A stretch of 64,000 nucleotides of DNA, taken from NCBI RefSeq assembly GCF_965225875.1, contig NZ_CBDDBS010000003.1, forward strand, positions 2,320,701 through 2,384,700, read 5' to 3'. This DNA is from Haliscomenobacter sp. (GTDB taxonomy: Bacteria; Bacteroidota; Bacteroidia; Chitinophagales; Saprospiraceae). Shown here piece by piece: positions 55,485 to 64,000 of the stretch. The notes under the pieces were generated by a model, which saw nothing but the letters and a program-made list of their open reading frames with translations, was not told the origin of the DNA and ran no database searches. The first letter of the stretch is position 1, and each line of letters opens with the position of its first letter. The translations under genes were made by a program, and so were the position numbers.

Positions 55485-56183
55485 ATGGAGCGAAAAGAAG
55501 TAATCCTGAGTACCCAGTCGCTGGGGAAATACTTTTATGAACCCGTCCAGTTCAAAGTGCTGGACGACATCAGCTTTGAGGCGTACCGAGGGGAATTCCT
55601 GACCCTGGTGGGCAAAAGTGGCTCGGGTAAATCAACCCTTTTGTACTGCCTCAGCACCATGGATACGGCCTACGAGGGCAATTTGTACTTCAAAGGAGAA
55701 AAAGTGACTGGAAAAAAAACGGATGACTTGGCCGCTTTGCGTGGCCACAACATTGGGTTTGTTTTCCAATTTCATTACTTGCTCCCGGAGTTTTCTTGTC
55801 TGAAAAATGTGATGATTCCTGCCCTGAAATTGGGCAAATACAGCCCTGCCGAGATTGAACACCGCGCTTATGAAAAGCTCGAAATGCTGGGACTGCGCGA
55901 TCAAGCCCTTAAAGAAGCGGCTAAATTGAGTGGGGGCCAACAGCAAAGGGTCTCGATCGCCCGGGCCTTGATCAACGATCCTTTGATCATTATGGGCGAT
56001 GAGCCTACGGGCAACCTGGACAGCAAAAATGCCCAGATTGTGTTCAACATTTTTCAACAATTGGCGCAGGAATTCAACCAAACCATCATTGCAGTTACCC
56101 ACGACAATGATTTTGCCAAAGCCAGCGACCGAACGATCGAACTGGCCGACGGCAAAATTATAGACCACAATAAACGGTTCTGA
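55485..56183 (+). CDS. ABC transporter ATP-binding protein (LolD/MacB-like)
   Basis: [38 protein letters not shown]. Confidence 0.93.
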   Translation: MERKEVILSTQSLGKYFYEPVQFKVLDDISFEAYRGEFLTLVGKSGSGKSTLLYCLSTMDTAYEGNLYFKGEKVTGKKTDDLAALRGHNIGFVFQFHYLLPEFSCLKNVMIPALKLGKYSPAEIEHRAYEKLEMLGLRDQALKEAAKLSGGQQQRVSIARALINDPLIIMGDEPTGNLDSKNAQIVFNIFQQLAQEFNQTIIAVTHDNDFAKASDRTIELADGKIIDHNKRF

Positions 56184-56278
56184 GGGCAGAGGATTTAATC
56201 CATATCAACCAGCAGGAAGGGTGTAGATGCGGCTATTTTCAGGAGTTAGGGAGCTAGTCATTGATGGTAATTTGTTCC

Positions 56279-56308
56279 TTGTGGACACATTGGTCAATGT
56301 GTCCACAA
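56279..56308. terminator. Hairpin between the convergent ABC ATPase and SDR genes
   Basis: Perfect 14-bp stem TTGTGGACACATTG / CAATGTGTCCACAA. Confidence 0.6.
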
Positions 56309-56315
56309 AAATTGG

Positions 56316-57323
56316 TTAAACCTGATTGCGGGTGTACAGATGTTGCATGGCTTCCTCAAGGGCAAGTTGCGGCTTTTTGGGGTTGAATCCCAGTTCTGTC
56401 CTGGCTTTACTAATGTCAAAATCCTGTTTGAGCCCCGAAAACATGGCTATGTCTTTTACGCTCAACAAAGGGGCTTTTCCACTGATTTTACTACCCATTT
56501 CCAGTAAGTAGGCAAACAATAAAAGCAGTGACTTGGGTACAGCGATGGGGAGTTTGATGTTCAATGCAGGAAATAGCCGCTGCGCAATTTGGGTGCTTTC
56601 GCGCAGAGAGATACTTTTTTCATTTGCAATGATGTAGCGCTCGCCACTTTTGCCTTTGGTCGCTGCCAAAATGCAGGCTTCCGCCACGTCTTTTACATCT
56701 ATCCAGTTCAGCGTGATCTTGGTTTCGATAGGAATCTGCTTTTTTAGGATCAAGTCCACTATGTTGTAGGATACGCTCAGAGGCCCCGGAATTTCACTGC
56801 CGATCATGGCCGAAGGTAGTACAGCGACCAACTCAATGTTGTAGTGCTTGGCCAACTCAAAGGCTAGTTTTTCACCATCATTTTTGGAATTGTAGTACAT
56901 GTCCCGGCGGTCGGGGTTGTATCCGTAGCTCTCCTTGGTAGGGATTTGGTTGTAGTTCAGCGCTGCAACCGAACTGACGTAAACAATTCTTTTCACCTTG
57001 GCAATTGCCGCCGCCTCCAGCATATTTTGGGTGCCCTTTAGGTTGACTTCGTAAATTTCCTTTTGGGGATTTTTGGCCCAGAGTTTAAAGGCGGCGCCTA
57101 CGGCGTAGAAAGTATCCACACCCTCCAGTGCCTTGATTAAAGAGGCTTTATCTGTAATGTCGGCCTGCACTATTTCGCAGTTGAGATTGTTCAAGGCACT
57201 TTTGTGTCGCAAGTTGCGCACGGATGCCCGAACTGGAATGCCTTTTTGCAGGAGTAGTTGTACCAAATTGTACCCAAGGTGGCCGTTGGCCCCGGTAACT
57301 AGTACTAAATGTTGAGTTGCCAT
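56316..57323 (-). CDS. NAD-dependent epimerase/dehydratase (dihydroflavonol-4-reductase-like extended SDR)
   Basis: VTGANGHLG, YVSSVAA, YYNSK (YxxxK). ATG 57323. Confidence 0.88.
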   Translation of the reverse strand: MATQHLVLVTGANGHLGYNLVQLLLQKGIPVRASVRNLRHKSALNNLNCEIVQADITDKASLIKALEGVDTFYAVGAAFKLWAKNPQKEIYEVNLKGTQNMLEAAAIAKVKRIVYVSSVAALNYNQIPTKESYGYNPDRRDMYYNSKNDGEKLAFELAKHYNIELVAVLPSAMIGSEIPGPLSVSYNIVDLILKKQIPIETKITLNWIDVKDVAEACILAATKGKSGERYIIANEKSISLRESTQIAQRLFPALNIKLPIAVPKSLLLLFAYLLEMGSKISGKAPLLSVKDIAMFSGLKQDFDISKARTELGFNPKKPQLALEEAMQHLYTRNQV

Positions 57324-57377
57324 TGCATTATTGATTAAATGATGGCACAAAATTCAGCACTGCTTTCCTCAAAAGAG

Positions 57378-57391
57378 TTCACAAATGTTAC
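57378..57391 (-). promoter_or_regulatory. Possible Crp-family operator for the SDR gene
   Basis: Minus strand GTAACATTTGTGAA contains a TGTGA half-site overlapping the crp stop codon; a weak GAATTTTG -7 box lies at 57355-57348. Confidence 0.35.
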
Positions 57392-57963
57392 CGAATCATT
57401 TGTTTACGGATTCTACTCAAACTTTTTGGGTTCATGCCCAAAAAAGAAGCGATGTGTTTGATGGGAACATTCAATAACACATCGGGGTTTTGCTCGATCA
57501 GCTTGCGATAGCGCTGCTCGGCAGATAGGGTGGCCAGCTCCTTGGCCCGATTTTCATTGTAGGCAATGGATTGCTGAAAAACAGCAATGCTGAATTTTTT
57601 TAGGTTGTCACTTTGCAGGATGAGTTGATCCAGCTTTGCTTTACTTATGCGTAGGAGTTGGCAATCGGTAATGCATTCTAAATTGTCATCGGAGCGACTC
57701 TGTTGGTTAAAATGCTGGTAAGCCGTGATGAATCCCGGTGGGCAATTGAGGTGGGAGGTGACCTCGTCTCCTTGTTCGGTGTATGTAAACAATCTCACAT
57801 ACCCGGAAACGACAAAATACAGGTATTTTGGAACATGACCTTCGGCTTCCAAAAGGGTGTTTTTGGAAATGGTAATAGGCTCAAAACTGCTGCGGCACAA
57901 CTCAATTTCGGCAGGACTGAGCTTTACATGGGTATCAATGGTGCGAATAAGGTGATCTAGCAT
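57388..57963 (-). CDS. Crp/Fnr family transcriptional regulator
   Basis: cNMP-binding domain YLYFVVSGYVRLF; C-terminal HTH IASFLGMNPKSLSRIRK. Confidence 0.9.
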   Translation of the reverse strand: MLDHLIRTIDTHVKLSPAEIELCRSSFEPITISKNTLLEAEGHVPKYLYFVVSGYVRLFTYTEQGDEVTSHLNCPPGFITAYQHFNQQSRSDDNLECITDCQLLRISKAKLDQLILQSDNLKKFSIAVFQQSIAYNENRAKELATLSAEQRYRKLIEQNPDVLLNVPIKHIASFLGMNPKSLSRIRKQMIR

Positions 57964-58169
57964 AAATTAAACAATCATACCGGGTAAAAATAAGCATTTA
58001 GTAAGTTCAATGGCACACCATTATTGAATAAATCCTGTTCATCTGATTTGAAGATGCTATAAAAATGAACCCCAGACAACACCCACTAACCCCAAGTCTT
58101 ACCGCCCTAAATGCCACTAGCCAAGACTTTCATTAATCGGTGGCGTGCCAATTGTATTGGCCATAAACA

Positions 58170-58212
58170 CACAAAGGCCCCAAGAGAAATCCCCTCAGAG
58201 CCTTTGTACCTT
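58170..58212 (+). repeat. 43-bp dispersed repeat, copy 2
   Basis: CACAAAGGCCCCAAGAGAAATCCCCTCAGAGCCTTTGTACCTT, ending 19 bp from the leuS stop codon. Confidence 0.88.
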
Positions 58213-58231
58213 AGTGGCAAAGTTTTCCAAC

Positions 58232-61108
58232 CTACCCCGCCACCACAATATTGATCATCCTTTTCGGAACAACGATCACTTTTTTCACTTCTTTACCTTC
58301 GGTCCATTTTTGCACCGCTTCCAGCTCCAGAATGGCTTTTTCCAAAACCTGTGGAGGTGTATCCGCAGCGAAAGCAGCGGTAGTACGCAATTTGCCGTTG
58401 ATTTGTACGGGGTATTCGATGGTATCTTCCACCAAATAAGCCTCGTTCAAAATAGGGAAATTGGCGTGGTGCACCGAGCCGGATTTGCCCAGGCCCTGCC
58501 ACAATTCCTCCGCCAAGTGAGGCGCAAAGGGCGCAATCAACTGCACCATTTCTTCCAAAATCGCCACCTTGTTGCAGCCTGCTTTTTGCAAGTCGTTGGT
58601 CGCAATCATGAAGGTACTCACACAGGTGTTGAAGGAGTAGCGCTCCACATCGTCGGTGATGCGTTTGATGGCGGAGTGCAGGATTTTCCATTCTTCACGG
58701 GTGGGTTCGGCATCCGAAACCGCCCAGTTGCCCAGTTTGTCAAAAAACAAACCCCAGAATTTGCGCAAGAAGTTGTATACCCCACTGATGCCTTTGGTAT
58801 CCCAGGGTTTGGCCTGTTCGATTGGCCCCAGGAACATTTCGTACATGCGGAAACAGTCGGCACCATATTGCTCAACGACGTCGTCGGGATTGATCACGTT
58901 GTACAATGACTTCGACATTTTGCCGACCTCCGATTGGGTGATCAACTGGAAAGCACCCGTTTTGCCCGCTTTCGGAGTTACCACTCCATTTTGGAAAATG
59001 GCATCGGTCCCTTCAAAGATAGCAGCAGCATAATCGGGGCGCCAGGCGATGAACTGTTTCACTCCCGCCTCATTCAAGTGGGAGGAAGGCAAGCCGTAAT
59101 CCGTCACGTAATCCACCAATACGGGCAATTTGGTGAACTTATGCCCCTTGGCCTCTTCTTCAGCCAGCAAGGAGGCACAAATGAAGCGGTTCACTCCATT
59201 CACCTTATCCTTTTGCATGTACAGGTTTTCTACCACGCCCTGGATCATGCCCTGGTTGATCAACTTTTTGAAGGGCTCAACGGTGGGCACCAATCCTTTG
59301 TCGTACAAAAACTTGTGCCACATCCGGGAATACATCAAGTGGCCTACCGCGTGTTCGGTACCCCCAATGTACAAGTCTACATCTCGCCAATAGTTCACCG
59401 CGTCCTGGCTGGCGAATTCCTGGTCATTCTGCGGGTCCATGTAGCGCAAGAAATACCAAGAGGAACCCGCAGAACCGGGCATGGTGTCGGTTTCCCGCGT
59501 CATGCCATTGGGCAAATTCACCCAATCCGTCGCCCGCGCCAAAGGTGCCTGGCCGCCGGAACTGGGTTTAAAATCGTCCATATCGGGCAATTCCAAAGGC
59601 AAATCTGCAGGAGCCATCGCCTCAGCAATGCCATCGGCATCGTAAGTCACGGGGAAAGGTTCGCCCCAGTAGCGTTGGCGGCTGAACAAGGCATCGCGCA
59701 ATTTGTAGTTGACCTGGCGTTTGCCCAGGCCCATACTTTCGATGCGGTTCAACATCTCATCAATGGCGGCAGGCACTTCCATGCCGTTCAAAAAGCCGGA
59801 ATTGATGATGATGCCCTCTTTATCGTGGCGGGTGGAGCCGGGATAATTGGACTTGTCGACTACATCGATGATTTTTAAGCCAAACTTGCGGGCAAAAGCA
59901 TCGTCCCGGTCGTCGTCGCTGGGTACAGCCATGATGGCTCCGGTTCCGTAATCCTTCAACACGTATTCGCCAATCCAGATCGGAATTTGTTCTTCGGTAA
60001 ATGGATTGATGGCGTAGGAGCCCAAGAAGGCCCCGGTTACTTCCTTCACATCGGCCATGCGCTCACGTTCGGAGCGGGCTTTGACGTAGCTTAGGTAAGC
60101 GTCTACTTTTTCTTTTTGATCAGGGGTGGTCAACTCGGGCACCAAATCGTGCTCAGGGGCCAACACCATATATGTCGCGCCAAAAATGGTATCCGGGCGC
60201 GTAGTGAAAATTTCAATTTTTTGCTCCGAACCCGCAATGGGGAAGAACATTTGAGCGCCCACCGAACGGCCAATCCAGTTGCCCTGCATGCGCTTCATGG
60301 CATCCGACCAATCGATGTTGTCCAAATCGTACAACAAACGGTCGGCATAGGCAGTAATGCGCAATGACCATTGCATCATGGCCCGGCGTTCTACGGGGTG
60401 GCCGCCGCGTTCGGATACACCGTCCTTTACCTCGTCGTTGGCCAATACGGTACCCAAGGCTTCGCACCAGTTGACGTAGGAAGCTTTTTTATAGGCCAGG
60501 CGGTAATTCATCAATACATCCGCCTGCTCCTTTTTGCTCATGCCCTGCCAATCGGCAGCGCTGAAGCTTTTGTCTTGAGAGTTGGCAGCGTTGACCAGGG
60601 TATTGCCTTCTTTTTCAAAACGCGCCACCAGGGTTTCGATGGGCATCGCCTTGTTTTGGTCTTTATCGTAGTAGTGTTTGAACAACTCCGCAAAAATCCA
60701 CTGGGTCCACTTGTAGTAGGAAGGCTCGCAGGTGCGCACTTCGCGATCCCAATCGAAGCTAAAACCCAAATTGTCCAACTGCTCGCGGTAACGGGCGATG
60801 TTGGCAGCGGTGGATTTGGCCGGGTGTACTCCAGTGGTGATGGCGTACTGCTCCGCTGGCAAACCAAAGGCGTCGTATCCCATGGGGTGCAACACGTTGA
60901 AGCCTTTCAAACGCTTGTACCGCGCATAGATGTCTGAAGCGATGTAGCCGAGGGGGTGCCCCACGTGCAGTCCTGCTCCCGATGGGTAAGGGAACATGTC
61001 CAAGACGTAAAACTTCGGGCGATCGCTCTGGTGGCTTACTTTGTAGACCTTGTGCTCATCCCAGTAGGCTTTCCACTTTTTTTCGATTTCGCGTGGTTTG
61101 TATTCCAT
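58232..61108 (-). CDS. leuS: Leucine--tRNA ligase
   Basis: MFPYPSGAGLHVGH (HIGH), FTTRPDT editing domain, KMSKS. TACCTTTG -7 box at 61194-61187. Confidence 0.97.
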   Translation of the reverse strand: MEYKPREIEKKWKAYWDEHKVYKVSHQSDRPKFYVLDMFPYPSGAGLHVGHPLGYIASDIYARYKRLKGFNVLHPMGYDAFGLPAEQYAITTGVHPAKSTAANIARYREQLDNLGFSFDWDREVRTCEPSYYKWTQWIFAELFKHYYDKDQNKAMPIETLVARFEKEGNTLVNAANSQDKSFSAADWQGMSKKEQADVLMNYRLAYKKASYVNWCEALGTVLANDEVKDGVSERGGHPVERRAMMQWSLRITAYADRLLYDLDNIDWSDAMKRMQGNWIGRSVGAQMFFPIAGSEQKIEIFTTRPDTIFGATYMVLAPEHDLVPELTTPDQKEKVDAYLSYVKARSERERMADVKEVTGAFLGSYAINPFTEEQIPIWIGEYVLKDYGTGAIMAVPSDDDRDDAFARKFGLKIIDVVDKSNYPGSTRHDKEGIIINSGFLNGMEVPAAIDEMLNRIESMGLGKRQVNYKLRDALFSRQRYWGEPFPVTYDADGIAEAMAPADLPLELPDMDDFKPSSGGQAPLARATDWVNLPNGMTRETDTMPGSAGSSWYFLRYMDPQNDQEFASQDAVNYWRDVDLYIGGTEHAVGHLMYSRMWHKFLYDKGLVPTVEPFKKLINQGMIQGVVENLYMQKDKVNGVNRFICASLLAEEEAKGHKFTKLPVLVDYVTDYGLPSSHLNEAGVKQFIAWRPDYAAAIFEGTDAIFQNGVVTPKAGKTGAFQLITQSEVGKMSKSLYNVINPDDVVEQYGADCFRMYEMFLGPIEQAKPWDTKGISGVYNFLRKFWGLFFDKLGNWAVSDAEPTREEWKILHSAIKRITDDVERYSFNTCVSTFMIATNDLQKAGCNKVAILEEMVQLIAPFAPHLAEELWQGLGKSGSVHHANFPILNEAYLVEDTIEYPVQINGKLRTTAAFAADTPPQVLEKAILELEAVQKWTEGKEVKKVIVVPKRMINIVVAG

Positions 61109-61248
61109 ATGCGTAGCGTTGTTCGGGTATTAACGTTAGTTGGGGTGATTTTGTCCCCACATGAGGGGATTTTTGGGAATTGGGGGCAAAGGTAAGAAAA
61201 AAAGATAGAGGATGGATTCTATATTTGTAATTGGGCTATACCATTTTG

Positions 61249-61380
61249 ATTCAATAGGGCATAGCCCTATCCCTATCCAATTCAATAGGGCTATGCCCTA
61301 TCCAAAGAGATGTCGCCCTTTCAGGGCTAATATGTAGCCCTGAAAGGGCGGTATCTCCTAACGATGGGTGTAGCCCGTCG
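61249..61380. repeat. Cluster of REP-like hairpins upstream of the Y1 transposase
   Basis: Two ATTCAATAGGGC-nnn-GCCCTATCC copies (31-bp period), a perfect 16-bp inverted repeat CGCCCTTTCAGGGCTA / TAGCCCTGAAAGGGCG (61314-61350), and CGATGGG/CCCGTCG (61362-61380). Confidence 0.85.
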
Positions 61381-61433
61381 GTAGCGGCATGTAATCTCAT
61401 AACCACGGGTACTCCTCATCAGACTCAGAAGCC

Positions 61434-61886
61434 ATGGGACAATCTCTAGTAAAGAACTACATCCACATCGTATTCAGCACCAAATACCGCCAGCAGCTGA
61501 TCTACCCGCCTTATGAGCAGGAGCTGCACAGTTACCTGGGGGGGATATGCAATGAGCTGGGCTGTCAATCCATCATCGTGGGAGGGTATACTGATCATGT
61601 GCATATTCTGTGCCTCTTATCCAAAAAGATAGCGCTGATGGACTTGGTGGAAAAGGTGAAAGCCAATTCTTCGAAATGGTTCAAGACGAGGCATGAATCG
61701 CTTAAGAATTTTTACTGGCAGGACGGGTATGGGGCCTTTTCGGTAAATCCAAAACAAGTAGACATTGTGATTAGGTACATTGCCAACCAACATGAACACC
61801 ACCGAAAAAAGGACTTCCAAGCGGAATACAGGGCTTTTTTGAAAAAGTACAAAGTAGAATATGATGAGCGCTACGTTTGGGAGTAA
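61434..61886 (+). mobile_element. tnpA: IS200/IS605-family Y1 HUH transposase (TnpA / RAYT-like)
   Basis: 150 aa; YIHIVFSTKYR, HUH motif DHVHIL, WQDGYGAFSV, catalytic Tyr in YIANQHEHH. Confidence 0.9.
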
Positions 61887-63173
61887 TCAAGTTTTCCTTT
61901 CTTTTTTCTTCGCAGCCGGGAAAAGGATGTTGTTCAAAATCAGGCGGTAGCCGGGAGAATCGGGGTGTAGACTGAGATCGGTATCCGGGTCTTCGACCCT
62001 GTGCAGGTAATCTTCGGGATCATGCCCCCCGTAAAAAGTCCAGAATCCTTTACCAAAAATACCGTGGATGTAGCGGGCCTCCTTTTGTGCTTTGTTTTCC
62101 CCTAAAATCAAGACATTGGTTTTGAGGTATTCCTTTCTAAAAGCGGTAGTTTGTCCGATGAAGCCCTTGATTGTCCGGGTATGGCATTGGGTAAGGATGG
62201 AAGGAACAGGGTCCCATTTGGCTGAAAAATCAAACAGCGTGAAATAATCCTGTTGGGGCATTACATTTCGCGACCAGCCGCGGCCCACATCAATGGTAGA
62301 AAAGTTGTGCCCGTATGGGCCATCGGCCAATATAAAATTTTTAAAGGCAAAGGTTTTGCTAAAATCGAGTTTTGACTGAGCATTGGGATCTGCAGGGTCT
62401 CCATCAAAAATTGCGTCACAAATATCCACCCCATCTGCGGACAGTGCTATGTCGAAAGTTTCGGTGGCCGAACACATCGCAAACATAAAACCGCCACCCG
62501 CTACCCATTCCCGGATCTTTTTGACGACTGCCAATTTGGAATGGGAAATTTTTTTGTAACCCAGGCTATAGGCCAAATCTTCCGATCTGGTTTTGTATTC
62601 CTCATACCAGGAAGCGTTTCTGTAGCCACGATTGCGGCCGAGCTGCCCGGTAAAATCTTCATGGTGCAGGTGCAGCCAGTCGTATTGAGGCAGTTTATCC
62701 TGCAACACTTCCCGATCGTACAACATATCAAAGGGGATTTCAGCATAGGTGAGTACCAGCGTCACCGCATCTTCCCAGGGCTGTATGGCTTTGCCCTTGC
62801 CATCGATCTCGGGGGTGTAAACCGCAATTCTGGGTGCTTTTTCCAGCTTCATCGCCTCCATATTCGCCTCTGGACTGGCGATTTGATCGAGTATATTTTT
62901 GAATTGAGCATCGGGGATGATTTCGTAAGACACCCCTCTGGTCATACATTCTTTTTCAAAAGGTTTGTTGTATTCAAAAGCAAAACTTCCCCCCCGGTAA
63001 TTGAGTAACCACCAGGCTTCAACTCCGTTTTTCAACACCCAATAGGTAATCCCGTAGGCCTTCAGGTGGTCCTTCTGTTTTTCCGGGTCCATTGGCAGCA
63101 GGATATAAGCGGCTTTTAGCTGCCCAACAACCGCAGCGATCAGCACCATCATCAATAAACCTTTCTTAATCAT
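61887..63173 (-). CDS. Exported class I glutamine amidotransferase-like protein (Bacteroidota family often labelled 'asparagine synthetase B')
   Basis: Signal peptide; HLKAYG, LHLHHEDFTGQ, GGFMFAMCSATETFD (nucleophile-elbow-like Cys), YGGHDPED. Confidence 0.65.
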   Translation of the reverse strand: MIKKGLLMMVLIAAVVGQLKAAYILLPMDPEKQKDHLKAYGITYWVLKNGVEAWWLLNYRGGSFAFEYNKPFEKECMTRGVSYEIIPDAQFKNILDQIASPEANMEAMKLEKAPRIAVYTPEIDGKGKAIQPWEDAVTLVLTYAEIPFDMLYDREVLQDKLPQYDWLHLHHEDFTGQLGRNRGYRNASWYEEYKTRSEDLAYSLGYKKISHSKLAVVKKIREWVAGGGFMFAMCSATETFDIALSADGVDICDAIFDGDPADPNAQSKLDFSKTFAFKNFILADGPYGHNFSTIDVGRGWSRNVMPQQDYFTLFDFSAKWDPVPSILTQCHTRTIKGFIGQTTAFRKEYLKTNVLILGENKAQKEARYIHGIFGKGFWTFYGGHDPEDYLHRVEDPDTDLSLHPDSPGYRLILNNILFPAAKKKERKT

Positions 63174-63293
63174 CTCCAGTTTATTTAGATTTGTTGATTG
63201 GAAAAATAGGAAAAAGTCGGATCATTTCACAGGGTATACAACTGTTGAACTTCCACTCCTCCAAGTTAAACTTTTTTAAGCAAAAACAATACC

Positions 63294-63617
63294 ATGGCCT
63301 CCGATCAAACATTCGTTGACTTCATTGTAGACCAAATTGAAAATGCTGGGGAAATCAGCGCCAAAAAGATGTTCGGAGAATACGGGCTGTATTCCGGAGA
63401 GAAACTATTCGCTTTGATTTGTGATAATAAGTTGTTCATCAAGCCTACCCAGGCTGGGCGTACTTTTATAGGGGATGTGGTGGAAGCGCCTCCATATCCG
63501 GGGGCAAAGCCTAGTTTTTTGATTGAAGAAAAGGTTGAAGACAGAGGGTGGCTAAGTGAGTTGGTGAGGATTTCGGCGGCCGAATTGCCCATGCCAAAGC
63601 CAAAAAAGAAGAAATAG
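63294..63617 (+). CDS. TfoX/Sxy family protein (N-terminal domain only)
   Basis: KKMFGEYGLY...LFALICDNKLFIKPT, PPYPGAK. Confidence 0.85.
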   Translation: MASDQTFVDFIVDQIENAGEISAKKMFGEYGLYSGEKLFALICDNKLFIKPTQAGRTFIGDVVEAPPYPGAKPSFLIEEKVEDRGWLSELVRISAAELPMPKPKKKK

Positions 63618-63641
63618 AGTAAAAATTGGGGAGTACAACCT

Positions 63642-63686
63642 AAAAAAAGAGCGCTGAAAATCTTAAAAAATTTGATTTTCAGCGCT
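63642..63686 (-). terminator. Intrinsic terminator downstream of tmRNA
   Basis: Perfect 13-bp stem AGCGCTGAAAATC / GATTTTCAGCGCT followed by a U-tract on the minus strand. Confidence 0.75.
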
Positions 63687-63690
63687 TTAG

Positions 63691-64000
63691 TGGAGGCGGC
63701 GAGAGTCGAACTCGCGTCCAGAGAAAGCACTCATTAGCCTTCTACATGCTTAGTTGCTTATTTTGGTCTCAGCACAAGGGTAGGTCCAGCAACGCACCAG
63801 TCTTGTACCCAGCCCGTAATCTCAAACAATGACGCGGGCCGCATCATTGTTCCAGCCTAGCATTGGTGATGTACGGGTGCGGGCCGGTTAGGCATAGGCC
63901 GAGGCTCCGTGGAGCCGTGCACCGTCGTACAATGACTTTCTAATTCCTAGAATTAGGCAGCCATGGCGTAGTTAGATTCGCCATTTATGGTTCGATGATT
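63691..64000 (-). ncRNA. ssrA: tmRNA, 5' end beyond the window
   Basis: Minus strand 3' end GCGAG-TTCGACT-CTCGC (T-arm) plus CGCCTCC-A (acceptor strand with U70; CCA not encoded). Tag frame 63982-63953 reads GESNYAMAA*. Confidence 0.93.

Noticed and set aside
55822-55836. GCCCTGAAATTGGGC in the ABC ATPase gene as a copy of the tnpA REP
   Set aside because: It is a partial match inside coding sequence (PALKLG), lacks the partner arm, and is probably chance.
63294-63700. Genomic island integrated at the tmRNA 3' end
   Set aside because: No integrase and no duplicated tmRNA 3' fragment were seen. The neighbours (tfoX, GATase-like gene, leuS) look chromosomal.
344-63730. Numerous antisense and alternate-frame ORFs in the track (e.g. 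18675..19820, 38946..40082, 58934..59878, 58145..58909)
   Set aside because: They lie entirely over well-supported genes and show no recognisable motifs, so they are shadow ORFs.

Overview
A ~64 kb chromosomal segment from a Bacteroidota. Evidence: T9SS C-terminal sorting domains, TAnnTTTG -7 promoter boxes and a GESNYAMAA tmRNA tag. A Saprospiraceae/Haliscomenobacter-like origin is my impression and is unverified. It holds about 48 CDSs. Housekeeping genes are araD (partial), araB, queE, pyrR-pyrB, recF, pdhA, ribH, ribB(A) and leuS, plus a tmRNA cut by the right edge. Accessory genes include three tandem T9SS propeller/Ig paralogues, a ~2000-aa T9SS SprB-repeat protein, an MFS/DUF1080-PA14/propeller-cytochrome c operon, a duplicated PAP2/vanadium-haloperoxidase lipoprotein with a beta-barrel partner, an orphan C39-peptidase ABC exporter plus HlyD, a LytS/LytTR system with a TolC-MFP-ABC exporter, a GxxExxY nuclease-like gene and an IS200-like Y1 transposase with REP-like hairpins. 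The strongest unexplained signal is non-coding: at least eight 75-130 bp palindromes whose arms are built from short tandem repeats. Unit lengths are 7, 8, 9, 10 and 21 nt. Elements that share identical cores or termini carry different repeat units, so they look modular. A one-sided run of such units sits in frame inside queE. A second clear signal is a two-promoter LytTR regulon with identical 15-bp boxes and identical spacing. No CRISPR array, prophage, rRNA or tRNA was seen. All counts and alignments were done by eye; no database searches were run.
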